DNA of 64,000 bases from contig DELD01000002.1 in the NCBI GenBank assembly GCA_002354205.1, forward strand, positions 15,496-79,495. Reading direction: 5' to 3'. Both the position numbers and the translations under genes were made by a program. The stretch's first letter is position 1. The number at the start of each line of letters is the position of its first letter. Below, in pieces: positions 18,461 to 28,437 of this stretch. Origin of the DNA: Micavibrio sp. UBA2705 (GTDB lineage: Bacteria; Pseudomonadota; Alphaproteobacteria; Micavibrionales; Micavibrionaceae). A model generated the notes under the pieces. That model saw only the letters and a list, made by a program, of their open reading frames with translations. It was not told the DNA's origin and did no database searches.

Positions 18461-19405
18461 TTATTTCTGGTTCGGATCTAAGCCCCAAATGCGGTAATGT
18501 TCTGGGTCTTCATCCCATTGTTCGCGGACTTTCACAAAAAGCTTCACATGGAACGGACGGTCAAAAATTTGTTCCATCTCAAGCCGCGCGGCCTTACCCA
18601 TGGCTTTAATTTTTTGCCCGCCCTTACCAAGCACAATTGGCTTATGCGCATCGCGGGTGACATAAATCACCTGACTGACTTCTACCGAGCCATCAGCACG
18701 CTCTTCCCATTCTTCAGTATCCACCGCCATATTATAAGGCAGTTCGTCATGTAATTTGCGGAAAACCTGCTCACGGGTGATTTCAGCTGCCATCAAGCGC
18801 GATGGCATATCTGTCATTTCGTCTTCAGGGTACATAAATGGCCCTTCAGGTAATAATTTTGTATAATGGTTTAGCACATCTTCAACGCCGCGGTCTTTTT
18901 CCGCCGAAATCATAAAGGTCGCATCAAAATCAAACACATCATTAAAGCCTGCACTAATTTTAAACAGCTTTTCAGGGTTAATCATATCGACCTTGTTCAA
19001 GACAAGCGTCACTTTCTTCTTACCTAAATTCTGGCTGCGCAGCCCTTCGAGAATATCTTCGTTCCAGTGCAGCGGGCTTTTCAGCGATGTATCAACAATG
19101 AACAAAATCGCATCACTATCAATCACGCCTTCCCAAGCGGCAGCGACAATCGCCTTATCAAGGCGGCGTTTCTTCGGCTTAAAAATCCCTGGCGTATCAA
19201 CAAATGCGATTTGCGTGTGATGGCCCGCAAAGTCGTTAATCGTAATCCCCATAACCCGCGTGCGCGTGGTTTGCGCCTTGGGTGAAACGATACTTATTTT
19301 TGCGCCCACCATTTGATTCATCAATGTTGACTTCCCCGCATTCGGCGCACCAATCACGGAAACAAAACCAAATTGTGTGGTCTGTGGCTGTTTTTCTTCA
19401 CTCAT
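18461..19405 (-). CDS. era: GTPase Era
   Basis: G1 'GAPNAGKST', G3 'DTPG', G4 'NKVD', C-terminal KH domain. Located downstream of rnc. Confidence 0.95.
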   Translation of the reverse strand: MSEEKQPQTTQFGFVSVIGAPNAGKSTLMNQMVGAKISIVSPKAQTTRTRVMGITINDFAGHHTQIAFVDTPGIFKPKKRRLDKAIVAAAWEGVIDSDAILFIVDTSLKSPLHWNEDILEGLRSQNLGKKKVTLVLNKVDMINPEKLFKISAGFNDVFDFDATFMISAEKDRGVEDVLNHYTKLLPEGPFMYPEDEMTDMPSRLMAAEITREQVFRKLHDELPYNMAVDTEEWEERADGSVEVSQVIYVTRDAHKPIVLGKGGQKIKAMGKAARLEMEQIFDRPFHVKLFVKVREQWDEDPEHYRIWGLDPNQK

Positions 19406-19431
19406 TATTTATTATGCTTTCTTAGAAAAGA

Positions 19432-20103
19432 TCATTTTTTATCTATCAAATTATGCTGCGCCAAAAAGGCTTGCGCCGCCGCTTTCTCAGCCGCGCGTTT
19501 AGAGCCTGCCTCTGCCGCTGCGCCTTCATAGCCCTCAACAGATACACAAACATTAAATAACGGCTGGTGGTCAGGCCCGCTACGCGAGACAAGCTCATAT
19601 TTCGGTATACCTAAAGCGCGGCCTTGTGACCATTCTTGCAACTGGGTTTTCGGGTCTTGTGGTGGCTCTGACATGGTTTCAATATAACCATCCCAAAGCT
19701 TGATGATTAAATCAGCGCAGGTTTGATAGTTGCTCGATAAAAATACCGCGCCAATAATCCCCTCTACCGCATCAGATAAAATATTATCATTTTCAAGCCC
19801 GCCGCTTTGACGTTCATTGTCTGAAAGCATTAAAATGCACCCTAAATCGAGGTCTTGGGCGACTTTAGAAAGCATTTTGCCTGAAACCAAAGCGGCGTGG
19901 CGCTTCGCCAGATCACCTTCTTTTTCTTCAGGAAAGCGCTGATAAAGCATTTCAGCCATTGCCAAACCAAGCACGCGGTCACCCAAAAACTCAAGGCGTT
20001 CGTAATCAGCATTACCCGTACTTGAATGCGTTAAGGCTTGGCGCACCAGTTCTTCACTGATACCGACAAGCCCAAGAGAGTTTATAAAATTTTTATATTC
20101 CAT
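19432..20103 (-). CDS. rnc: Ribonuclease III
   Basis: Signature 'ERLEFLGDRVLG'. C-terminal dsRBD ('SKRAAEKAAAQAFL'). Confidence 0.95.
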   Translation of the reverse strand: MEYKNFINSLGLVGISEELVRQALTHSSTGNADYERLEFLGDRVLGLAMAEMLYQRFPEEKEGDLAKRHAALVSGKMLSKVAQDLDLGCILMLSDNERQSGGLENDNILSDAVEGIIGAVFLSSNYQTCADLIIKLWDGYIETMSEPPQDPKTQLQEWSQGRALGIPKYELVSRSGPDHQPLFNVCVSVEGYEGAAAEAGSKRAAEKAAAQAFLAQHNLIDKK

Positions 20104-20118
20104 TATGCGATGCTTAAA

Positions 20119-20961
20119 CTATGCGCCTTTTTTATCTGCGGCAGGCTTAACAGGGCCCACAGCATTAAATATGCGGTTATAACGAATAGAAAATGGCCAT
20201 TTCCAAATTTCATAAATACGTGCCTTGCCATTTGTCGAGAAGAACAAACGCTCCGCGCGGCCAACAATATTTTCAACAGGGATGTAACCCACATGGTCAA
20301 GAACGCGGCTATCCATTGAATTATCGCGATTATCGCCCATTGCAAAAACATGCCCTTCAGGGACGCGGTATTTTTCTGTGTTATCAAGGCGCTCACTATC
20401 ACCGACTTCATAAATATCATGCATCACGCCGCCTGGCAGCGTTTCAATATAATGCTGTACCTTCACGTTACCGCCGCGGTCACCGACATAATCTTTAAGG
20501 CCAACAACCTCGCGCTCAACGCGTTCATCATTAAGATAAAGCCTACCGCCAATGACTTGCACCGTATCCCCCGGTAACGCCACAACACGTTTAATATAAT
20601 CAACAGATGTATTACTTGGCAGCTTAAAGACAATAACATCACCGCGCTCTGGCATCTTACTCATAATACGGCCTTCAAAACCGCCAACGCCGAAAGGGAA
20701 AGAGTGGCGGCTATAACCATATTCATATTTCGAGACAAACAAATAATCGCCAACCAATAATGTCGGGCGCATCGAGCTTGAAGGAATATTAAACGGTTCA
20801 AAAATAAAAGTACGGATAATCAGCGCAATGATCACGGCAATAATCGCCGTTTTCGCCATATCGCTCCACTCTTCTTTGGCGCTAGTCTTTTTTGTTTCTT
20901 CAACAACGGGCGCTGTATCGCTCATAGCTTTTGCCTTATCTGTTTTCTTTATCTTTTTCAA
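20119..20961 (-). CDS. lepB: Signal peptidase I
   Basis: N-terminal TM helix. Catalytic Ser box 'PSSSMRPTL', Lys box 'YIKRVVALPGD', 'GDNRDNSMDSR'. Confidence 0.93.
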   Translation of the reverse strand: MKKIKKTDKAKAMSDTAPVVEETKKTSAKEEWSDMAKTAIIAVIIALIIRTFIFEPFNIPSSSMRPTLLVGDYLFVSKYEYGYSRHSFPFGVGGFEGRIMSKMPERGDVIVFKLPSNTSVDYIKRVVALPGDTVQVIGGRLYLNDERVEREVVGLKDYVGDRGGNVKVQHYIETLPGGVMHDIYEVGDSERLDNTEKYRVPEGHVFAMGDNRDNSMDSRVLDHVGYIPVENIVGRAERLFFSTNGKARIYEIWKWPFSIRYNRIFNAVGPVKPAADKKGA

Positions 20962-21017
20962 AACGATTATACTCTATTCTTTTCTTTATCTCTAATCACC
21001 ACATATAAAGCGATAAA

Positions 21018-21407
21018 TCAAGCCTCTACCACAACATAAGCCACCGCATATGGCGGTTCATCTGATAAAGACACATGCGGGCGAATACTCTCACCTGCCC
21101 CTGCGCCGCACAAATGATCTTTTATGTAACGCTCCGCCGCCGCGCTAAAGCTCAGGATAGGCTGCCCCTTATCATTGCGCAATATTTCTAAATCATGGAA
21201 GCCGATATTTTCGCCAATGCCAGTGCCCAACGCCTTAGAAGCCGCCTCTTTCGCCGCATAGCGCCGTGCAAGCGCTGCCATATCCGTACCAATCAGTGCT
21301 TGCTCCGCTGGTGTAAAGCAGCGATCTAAAAACCGCTGACCGTGGCGCTGATAAATTGCGGTGATCCGCGCTATATCAACAATATCTGTACCAATTCCCA
21401 AAATCAT
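21018..21407 (-). CDS. acpS: Holo-[acyl-carrier-protein] synthase
   Basis: 'MILGIGTDIVDIARI' N-terminus, ~129 aa. ATG at 21407 is preferred over the GTG at 21413. Confidence 0.9.
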   Translation of the reverse strand: MILGIGTDIVDIARITAIYQRHGQRFLDRCFTPAEQALIGTDMAALARRYAAKEAASKALGTGIGENIGFHDLEILRNDKGQPILSFSAAAERYIKDHLCGAGAGESIRPHVSLSDEPPYAVAYVVVEA

Positions 21408-21439
21408 AAACACATATACTTTTCTTCAAAATCTCTTTT

Positions 21440-22030
21440 TTAAGGCCGGGCATTTTGTCCCGTCACCTCTACCGCCGCTTTATGCAGTGATTTTAAACGT
21501 CGGCGACGCTGTATATTCTTTATACGTTTAACTGCTATAAAAAACACCACAAAAAATACAGGCCACGTAAGTGCCGCGAGCATATAGCCCCCGACCACCC
21601 AGGGCACAAACAGCGCTAAAGGCTGATGCAGCGCCATATCAACAGATTGCCAGAGCGTTATGCCATCAGGCAAGTTAAGCGCCACACTCATACCAAACAG
21701 AGAAAACACAGTCACGCCTAGCTTATAACTTAAATACCACATAAAAGGAAATGTCCACGGATTACCGATAATCGTACCCACCAGCGCCGCAAAATAATTT
21801 GCCCGTATACAAAAACTAAAGGCAAAAGCCTGCAATATATGCGTACCAACAATCGGCGTGAAAGATATCGAAGCCCCCATCGCCATACCCCCTGCAATGC
21901 GATACGGCGTATCAGACAGGCGAATAATACGGCAGGCCATATAACGCAAAGTCCGCAACCACCCCATAGAAGGCCACAAAGCTTCGCGCGTTGATTGCAG
22001 AAATGTAAGCGGGTTTTTACGCTGGAACAT
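21440..22030 (-). CDS. DUF2062 family membrane protein
   Basis: 'PYRIAGGMAMGASISFTPIVGTH...ANYFAALVGTIIGNPWTFPF' matches the DUF2062 pattern. Basic C-terminal tail. Confidence 0.7.
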   Translation of the reverse strand: MFQRKNPLTFLQSTREALWPSMGWLRTLRYMACRIIRLSDTPYRIAGGMAMGASISFTPIVGTHILQAFAFSFCIRANYFAALVGTIIGNPWTFPFMWYLSYKLGVTVFSLFGMSVALNLPDGITLWQSVDMALHQPLALFVPWVVGGYMLAALTWPVFFVVFFIAVKRIKNIQRRRRLKSLHKAAVEVTGQNARP

Positions 22031-22104
22031 TTGGTTTATTTTATCTCTTATCGCTTACATGGCTTAAAATCACTTACATCACAAAATGTAAAATAAGCGG
22101 GGCT

Positions 22105-22956
22105 TTAGAATGAAAATTCGCGTTTCACCGCATCATTTCGGTTTTGCACGACGACATGAATGGATTTCCCAATCAGCGCCGCATTAAGGTCTTCAACACC
22201 TTCAGGCGCGGCAATTTTTATCATCGCTTCGGTTTGACTACCCTCTTGCAATGTAATTTCTGGCGGCGCAGTTAAAACCACCGCATTATGCGCGTCAACA
22301 AATACATTCGTATCTTCAAATCCTGCGCTTGCACGCACAGCGAGGACAAGCGCGTCTTTTGAAACAACAGCGAAGTTTATCGCCAGACCAGACACCGCGC
22401 CCTCATGCGGGATGCGGCGCTCAGCAAGGCGGCGCATTGCTTGGTTGCGGGCGAGTTTTTTGTCGTTTTTATCAAAGACCGGCAGCTCTATGATAAACTC
22501 TTCAGGAACACAGACTTTTTTACAGACCATATAAAACACTTTCAGCTTCCCTGTATAATCAGGATTATCCGCAAAATCATCTTTCAACGTAAAATCAATC
22601 GGGAAGACGGTCTTCTCGTCATAAATATAGCTCACCATATCATAAGCTTCGTGGCGTTTGGGCACTGGCCAATAAATCTGCGCAGCGCCGATGCCGCTAT
22701 TTTCCTCTGGCGTAATGCGCAGTGGGATGCCTGCATCCCCTGGGAAGCGCCAATAGCTATACCAGCCATCCGTAAACTCCATATGCAACAGGCCTTGATA
22801 TATAGGGCTTTCACCGTCATCTGCCTGCCCTGTTGGCAGCAGGCGCAATTTGCTTTGCGGGCTTTCATGCCAAATATCATCCGCCGCCGAAGGCTGCGCC
22901 GTAAAAACGAGTAGCGTTAACAGTAGAAAATATGCTAAAATTTTATTATATTGCAT
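22105..22956 (-). CDS. Exported DsbD N-terminal-domain-like (thiol:disulfide interchange related) protein
   Basis: Signal peptide. 'YWRFPGDAGIPLRI' and 'CKKVCVPEE' resemble the DsbD-alpha/ScsB-like domain. Confidence 0.5.
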   Translation of the reverse strand: MQYNKILAYFLLLTLLVFTAQPSAADDIWHESPQSKLRLLPTGQADDGESPIYQGLLHMEFTDGWYSYWRFPGDAGIPLRITPEENSGIGAAQIYWPVPKRHEAYDMVSYIYDEKTVFPIDFTLKDDFADNPDYTGKLKVFYMVCKKVCVPEEFIIELPVFDKNDKKLARNQAMRRLAERRIPHEGAVSGLAINFAVVSKDALVLAVRASAGFEDTNVFVDAHNAVVLTAPPEITLQEGSQTEAMIKIAAPEGVEDLNAALIGKSIHVVVQNRNDAVKREFSF

Positions 22957-23043
22957 TGCGTTTTTACCTTTACAATCTAACTTAGTAATAATAAGCCATT
23001 ACGCTGAGAAATAAAGGACTATATCGCATATTAGGACATAAAA

Positions 23044-23697
23044 ATGCCAGATAATAAAAAGCCACAGAGCGACACAGCCAAGACTGAACACAAAGCAAAT
23101 CAAGCAGACTTAGAGATAAGTAAGCCCAGCAAAAGCGGGACAGCCTGCCTAGCGGGAAAGCTTTTGGTGGCTATGCCCAATATGGATGATGAGAGTTTCA
23201 AAAACGCGACCATCTTCATGTGCGCACATGATGAAAAAGGCGCAATGGGGCTGATTGTGAATGACAAAATGCCCAATATTGATTTTGAACAGCTTTTGCT
23301 CAAACTTAAAATCGAACATGGCGACCATAAATCCATCAAAATTCCTGTCTTGCGTGGAGGGCCCTTAGACTCTTCGCGCGGCTTTGTTCTACACAGCAAA
23401 GATTTTAACCGCAAAGACACTATTAATGTCGATGAACGTTTCAGCGTTACCGGCACAATGGATGCATTAAAAGCCATTGCCGATGGCAGCGGACCAAATG
23501 AAGCGATATTCATGCTGGGTTATTCAAGCTGGGATGCAGGGCAATTAGAAGAAGAATTGCGCGATAATAGCTGGATTATCGTTGACGCTGATAAAGATAT
23601 TATTTTCAACACCACCCCCGATAAGGTCTGGCGCAAAGCCATGTCAAAAATTGGCGTCAACCCTGATATGATCTCAAATGTTACGGGCAACGCTTAA
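23044..23697 (+). CDS. YqgE/AlgH family protein (UPF0301)
   Basis: 'LLVAMPNMDDESFKNATIFMCAHDEKGAMGLIVN' and 'GGPLDSSRGFVLH' are typical of the family. Confidence 0.85.
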   Translation: MPDNKKPQSDTAKTEHKANQADLEISKPSKSGTACLAGKLLVAMPNMDDESFKNATIFMCAHDEKGAMGLIVNDKMPNIDFEQLLLKLKIEHGDHKSIKIPVLRGGPLDSSRGFVLHSKDFNRKDTINVDERFSVTGTMDALKAIADGSGPNEAIFMLGYSSWDAGQLEEELRDNSWIIVDADKDIIFNTTPDKVWRKAMSKIGVNPDMISNVTGNA

Positions 23698-23779
23698 CCT
23701 GCCATAACCGTCATTATATTTGCGCAGCGCGCGCGATTATGTTAATGTGATCCTCATAAAATACCATAATGGGATAAAC

Positions 23780-24589
23780 ATGAACTCTAAGCACGACAGC
23801 CACGCACAGCGCGCCCTAGACTTTGAGTTAAAATCATTCGTCAAAGCCTGCCTTGTGGAGCGCAAACAGCACAACACACTTGGCGATCTTATTCACGCGG
23901 TGCAGAATAAAAACGCGCTTTATGTCGCTGAACCTTGGGTGACCAAGGATGAGCGCAGCATTGCCCATGAAGTGCTGTTCCGTTTTCGTCACAAATCAAA
24001 CAAAATTCTTCGTTACAGCCATGTCGCCAGAGATTTAAACTCATCTGACCTTGCCAAAGGCTTCGACCTTGTCAATTTTTTCAATATCCTCTCATGGCTA
24101 CCATCCGATGAAAAAGCCCCGCCCTGTTCCATCAACATGACTCATGACAGCTTAACAACGCCTGAGATTTGTGAAAAGATCATCGCCGCTAACGCCCACC
24201 GCAAAGGGCCGCAAATCATTATTGAGATTTTAGAAGATGAACGCATCTTTACCGGAAATGAACTCCAAATGCTACAACAAATGAAGCAAAGCGGCATTAT
24301 ATTCGCGCTTGATGATTTCCGCGTCAGCACCGATAGTGACTGGCAACGCCTAAAGGGCTTAGAAAGCATCGTTTCCTACGTCAAATTAGATGGTAAAGAT
24401 TCCGTGCGCCCATTCCTCGATAACGATGGCGCAAAGATCAGCGCCCTGTTTAATCACATCAGCAACATTCAAAACCTTGTCGGCGCAGATAAAAAAATCA
24501 TCGCCGAATGGGTTGAAACGCCGCAAGAGGCGCATAAATTATTTGCTGGCGGCGTTCATGCCGTGCAGGGACATAAGTTAGTCTTTTAA
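23780..24589 (+). CDS. Stand-alone EAL-domain protein (putative c-di-GMP phosphodiesterase)
   Basis: EAL-domain landmarks occur in the expected order: 'HEVLFR' (EVL variant), 'SINMT', 'EILEDE', 'FALDDF', 'YVKLDG', 'IAEWVE', 'VQGHKL'. ATG at 23780 is preferred to the TTG at 23720. Confidence 0.6.
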   Translation: MNSKHDSHAQRALDFELKSFVKACLVERKQHNTLGDLIHAVQNKNALYVAEPWVTKDERSIAHEVLFRFRHKSNKILRYSHVARDLNSSDLAKGFDLVNFFNILSWLPSDEKAPPCSINMTHDSLTTPEICEKIIAANAHRKGPQIIIEILEDERIFTGNELQMLQQMKQSGIIFALDDFRVSTDSDWQRLKGLESIVSYVKLDGKDSVRPFLDNDGAKISALFNHISNIQNLVGADKKIIAEWVETPQEAHKLFAGGVHAVQGHKLVF

Positions 24590-24663
24590 CTTCGTCGTGC
24601 TATTGACATATTTTTCAGCTTCATGCTATCACTTCCTTATACATATCAAGGGAGTTTTATAAT

Positions 24664-25110
24664 ATGGTTATGATTGATGGCTGGGTATACGAGCGTGGGA
24701 AGTCTGTATATCTTTCACAAGAATTTAAAATGGCCGTTTTCACAGGTCAGAAATTGATTAGCAATAAACCGACCGTGCTTTTAAAGGATTACAAGAACGA
24801 TGAAGAAATCATCATTAAGCCGCATTACGAGGAAAACGAAGCATTAGAAATCAGCGGTGAGAAAGTTTATAGAAACGCTTCATCTTTTGCGATTCCATTT
24901 AATGCGTTAAGTGCAGGGCAGCTAGAATACTGCAAAAGCGTTGCAGAGAGCATGAGCCAAATAAAAATCAATTATGATGCATCAATTGGCGAGGTTACAA
25001 TTATCGATCAATGTACTGGTGAAATCAGCTCGCTTCCTGCTGCTGCATTGGATCGCGACGTCGTAGAAGCAAAAAACGGCTCAAGCAAGCCACCAAGAAT
25101 TATCGTTTAA
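24664..25110 (+). CDS. Hypothetical protein (148 aa)
   Basis: Open frame with coding-like composition. No recognisable motif. Confidence 0.4.
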   Translation: MVMIDGWVYERGKSVYLSQEFKMAVFTGQKLISNKPTVLLKDYKNDEEIIIKPHYEENEALEISGEKVYRNASSFAIPFNALSAGQLEYCKSVAESMSQIKINYDASIGEVTIIDQCTGEISSLPAAALDRDVVEAKNGSSKPPRIIV

Positions 25111-25142
25111 AATTGTCAGGCTGTCGCGCGAGTCAGCTGTCA

Positions 25143-25736
25143 TCAAACGTGCTGCGTACGCCACTCAGCTTTATTCAGCCCATATAATTTATGATCCGCC
25201 CGCACGCCGTTAATTTGAATATACCCCTTGGCGAACCCTTCTTCGGCAAAGCCTGCGCGAGTCAAGACGCGCTGCGATGGCGCATTATCGACCAAAGTCG
25301 CCGCATTGACACGCTCTAATTTAAGGAACGAAAAGCAAAATTTTAAGGATAGGGTCATCACTTCACCCATATAGCCCTGATTGACATGGTCTTTATCAAT
25401 CCAGTAGCCGAGCGATGCAAATTGCGCCGCGCCGCGTGAGACGTTATTAATATTCATCCCACCGATAATCGTATCATCCTCTTTTTTAATCACCAAAAGC
25501 GAATAGTTGCGATCATTAAGCCATTCTTTTTGCTGATAACGCAGGCGGCGGCGAAAGAAAGAATCTTGCAGGCCACCATCAGGCCATCTCGGTTCATAGG
25601 GCTGCAAATGCACCATATTGCGCCGGCGCACTTCACGCCATGGCGCGTTATCCTTGTCGATAGGTGGGCGCAGATAAATCCGCGCGGTTTCTAGCTTTGG
25701 GTGCTCAGGCGGCCATACGGGCTGTAAAATCATCAT
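25143..25736 (-). CDS. GNAT family N-acetyltransferase (RimJ/RimL-like)
   Basis: 'LETARIYLRPP' N-terminal pattern and acetyl-CoA site 'VNQGYMGE'. Overlaps the upstream M16 gene by 32 nt. Confidence 0.8.
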   Translation of the reverse strand: MMILQPVWPPEHPKLETARIYLRPPIDKDNAPWREVRRRNMVHLQPYEPRWPDGGLQDSFFRRRLRYQQKEWLNDRNYSLLVIKKEDDTIIGGMNINNVSRGAAQFASLGYWIDKDHVNQGYMGEVMTLSLKFCFSFLKLERVNAATLVDNAPSQRVLTRAGFAEEGFAKGYIQINGVRADHKLYGLNKAEWRTQHV

Positions 25737-26967
25737 AACGCTCCAAATGATCTAACGGGCCATGCCCCGATAAAGTCACCTTAGATGAGAATATTTTACG
25801 CGCCGCGCGTAAGACATCATCCGCCGTAACCGCATCCAATAATTTCATGCGGTCTTCAATTTCCAGCACTTCATTATAAGTCAGCAAGAAGCTCGCCTGC
25901 GCATTATTACGGCGCAATACGGATTCTTCGCCCTTCAGCATTGATGCACGAAGACGCGCTTTGGCGCGTTTCAGCTCTTCATCGCTAATCGTAAGCTGCA
26001 CCTTGCCAAGTTCATCACATAAAACAGGCAAAAGCTCGGGCAGTGATTTCGGGTCAGTGCCCGCATAGATACCAAAATGACCATCATCATGGAACATCAT
26101 ATTGTAACTATAAATCGAATAGACAAGGCCGCGTTTTTCGCGAATTTCTTGGAACAAACGTGATGACATGCCGCCGCCAAGTATTTGCGAGAGCACCTTC
26201 ACAGGGAAGTTTTCTTCGCTATATTGTGACATGCTTTGGAAACCGACAATGATATGCGCTTGTTCGCCATCTTTATGGGCGCGGCATTCACCGCCCGTAT
26301 AATTGGCTTTCGCATATGGCGCGTCTTTTGATTCAGGCAAATGGACAAACAGCTTTTCAACCATTTCAACCACATCTTTATGCTTTGCATTACCCGCCAC
26401 AGAAACCACCATGTTATTGGGCGTATACAGACGCTCAACATAGCCCACCAAAGATTCACGGCTCATATTTTGGATAATATCTGGCGTCCCTAAAATCGGC
26501 GCCCCTAAAGTCTGGTTGGCGTAAGCGGCTTCCTGATGAATATCAAAAATATGTTCGTCTGGGCTATCGGCATACATGCCGATTTCTTGAATAATCACGC
26601 CGCGTTCGCGTTCAATTTCTTCTGGCAGCATTGTCGAAAGCTGAATTTGTTCAGATAGGATATTCAGCGCAGCGCCTAAATCTTCTTTCATCAAATGAAT
26701 ATAATAGCCCGTCGTTTCACGACCCGTAAATGCGTTTGTACTGCCACCCAAATTTTCAACCGCTTCAGCAAGCTGCAGCGCATTAAATGACTTTGTTCCC
26801 TTAAACAGCATATGTTCAACCATATGCGCCACACCGTTTTCGGCCATATCTTCATGGCGCGTACCAACGCCGCAATAAACGCCCGCCGCCACTGTATGGA
26901 CATGTGGAATTTCATCTGTTATGACGCGCAGGCCATTTTTTAAAGTGGTTAAGTGTCTTGTTTTCAT
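25705..26967 (-). CDS. M16 family zinc peptidase (mitochondrial-processing-peptidase-like)
   Basis: Inverted zinc motif 'HMVEHMLFKGT' (HxxEH). 420 aa. thrC-M16-GNAT arrangement. Confidence 0.9.
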   Translation of the reverse strand: MKTRHLTTLKNGLRVITDEIPHVHTVAAGVYCGVGTRHEDMAENGVAHMVEHMLFKGTKSFNALQLAEAVENLGGSTNAFTGRETTGYYIHLMKEDLGAALNILSEQIQLSTMLPEEIERERGVIIQEIGMYADSPDEHIFDIHQEAAYANQTLGAPILGTPDIIQNMSRESLVGYVERLYTPNNMVVSVAGNAKHKDVVEMVEKLFVHLPESKDAPYAKANYTGGECRAHKDGEQAHIIVGFQSMSQYSEENFPVKVLSQILGGGMSSRLFQEIREKRGLVYSIYSYNMMFHDDGHFGIYAGTDPKSLPELLPVLCDELGKVQLTISDEELKRAKARLRASMLKGEESVLRRNNAQASFLLTYNEVLEIEDRMKLLDAVTADDVLRAARKIFSSKVTLSGHGPLDHLERYDDFTARMAA

Positions 26968-27008
26968 TGTCTACTCTACTTTCATGGTTGAGTACCCGCT
27001 CGCTTTTT

Positions 27009-28424
27009 TTAACGTGGGCTTTTCTCTTTAATATAGCTTTGCAATGCAGCTAAGTCATTATCAAGATGATGCATATGTTCTTCCCTACCCATTAAATCAC
27101 TGACAAATTCAGGCAAGGCAGGATGCACCCCTGTGGCTTTTTCCACCGCATCAGGGAATTTCGCAGGATGCGCGCAGGCAAGCGCAACGACAGGCGTGTC
27201 TTTCGGTAATTTATCGCGCATTTGATAAGCCGCATTAAGACCAATCGCGCTATGCGGATCCATCAACAAATCTGCGTCTTTATGAATTTGTGCAATTGTC
27301 TGCAAAGTCTCGGCATCACTTACCCGCGCAGCATCAAACAAATGATGGGCGGAAGCCAAGTGACCCGCATTGACCTCAAAATGACCCTCTGCGCTAAATA
27401 TCTCCATGACATCTTTTAACTTTGCGCTATCACGGCCAAACAATTCAAACAAATAACGTTCAAAATTACTCGATATTTGAATATCCATTGATGGCGCTAA
27501 AGTCGGGTGAACGCCATCCATTTGCATTTTACCGCTTTCAAAGAAACGCGTTAGAATGTCATTGCTATTGGTTGCGACAATCAGCTTTTCAATCGGCAGC
27601 CCCATTTTCTTTGCAACGTAAGCCGCAAGAATATTACCAAAATTCCCTGTCGGCACAACAAAGCTTAATGGGCGCTGACACCCGCCAAGCGCTGCGGAGG
27701 CGACAAAGTAATACACCGTCTGCGCAATAATCCGCGCCCAGTTAATCGAATTCACAGCGGAAAGGTTCTGACTTTTTCGGAAATCATGGTCGTTAAATGA
27801 TGCTTTGACCAAGTTTTGACAGTCATCAAACGTCCCCTTAACCGCAATCGGGTGGACATTTGGTGCATTAACCGTCGTCATTTGGCGGCGCTGCACATCA
27901 GAAACGCGCCCATCAGGGAATAATATAAACATATCAACGTTCTTACATGCAAGGCAGCCTTCTATCGCTGCCGATCCTGTATCACCAGACGTTGCGCCCA
28001 CAATCGTCACACGCTCGCCGCGATCTTCAAGCGCCGCATCAAACAAATGCCCCAGCAATTGCAGCGCGACATCTTTAAACGCCATCGTTGGACCGTGAAA
28101 CAGCTCCAGTGACCATAAATTCGGTTCTAGCTGACGAAGTGGCGTGATTGATTTATCGTGAAAGCGAGTCTCTGCCGCGCCATAAGTTTTTTCTAAAATA
28201 GTCTTCAGGCGCGCACCGGCGAAATGTTCATCAACAAAGGGGCTAATCACATCATAAGCAATTTCGGCATAGCTTTTCCCTGCCATCCCCTTAAGCTGAT
28301 CAGCTGAAAGCTGCGGCCAGCTATCGGGCATGAACAAGCCGCCATCTGATGCAAGGCCAGAGAGCAGAATTTCTGAGAAGCTTTTACCGCTTTCACCGCC
28401 GCGCGTTGAACTATATGTCATCAT
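27009..28424 (-). CDS. thrC: Threonine synthase (long form)
   Basis: 'YSSTRGG' N-terminus and PLP-lysine motif 'GPTMAFKDVALQ'. ATG at 28424 avoids overlapping the upstream gene. Confidence 0.93.
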   Translation of the reverse strand: MMTYSSTRGGESGKSFSEILLSGLASDGGLFMPDSWPQLSADQLKGMAGKSYAEIAYDVISPFVDEHFAGARLKTILEKTYGAAETRFHDKSITPLRQLEPNLWSLELFHGPTMAFKDVALQLLGHLFDAALEDRGERVTIVGATSGDTGSAAIEGCLACKNVDMFILFPDGRVSDVQRRQMTTVNAPNVHPIAVKGTFDDCQNLVKASFNDHDFRKSQNLSAVNSINWARIIAQTVYYFVASAALGGCQRPLSFVVPTGNFGNILAAYVAKKMGLPIEKLIVATNSNDILTRFFESGKMQMDGVHPTLAPSMDIQISSNFERYLFELFGRDSAKLKDVMEIFSAEGHFEVNAGHLASAHHLFDAARVSDAETLQTIAQIHKDADLLMDPHSAIGLNAAYQMRDKLPKDTPVVALACAHPAKFPDAVEKATGVHPALPEFVSDLMGREEHMHHLDNDLAALQSYIKEKSPR

Positions 28425-28437
28425 CGTCTTGACCCTT

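Noticed and set aside
22405-22914. 169-aa plus-strand ORF antisense to the DsbD-like gene
   Set aside because: Shadow ORF. The minus-strand frame has a signal peptide and family motifs.
25705-25736. 32-nt overlap between the M16 peptidase and GNAT genes as a possible mis-annotation or frameshift
   Set aside because: The GNAT domain's conserved N-terminal strand ('RIYLRPP') lies just after the first Met, and no later start is available. The peptidase C-terminus also looks complete. I accept this as a genuine overlap.
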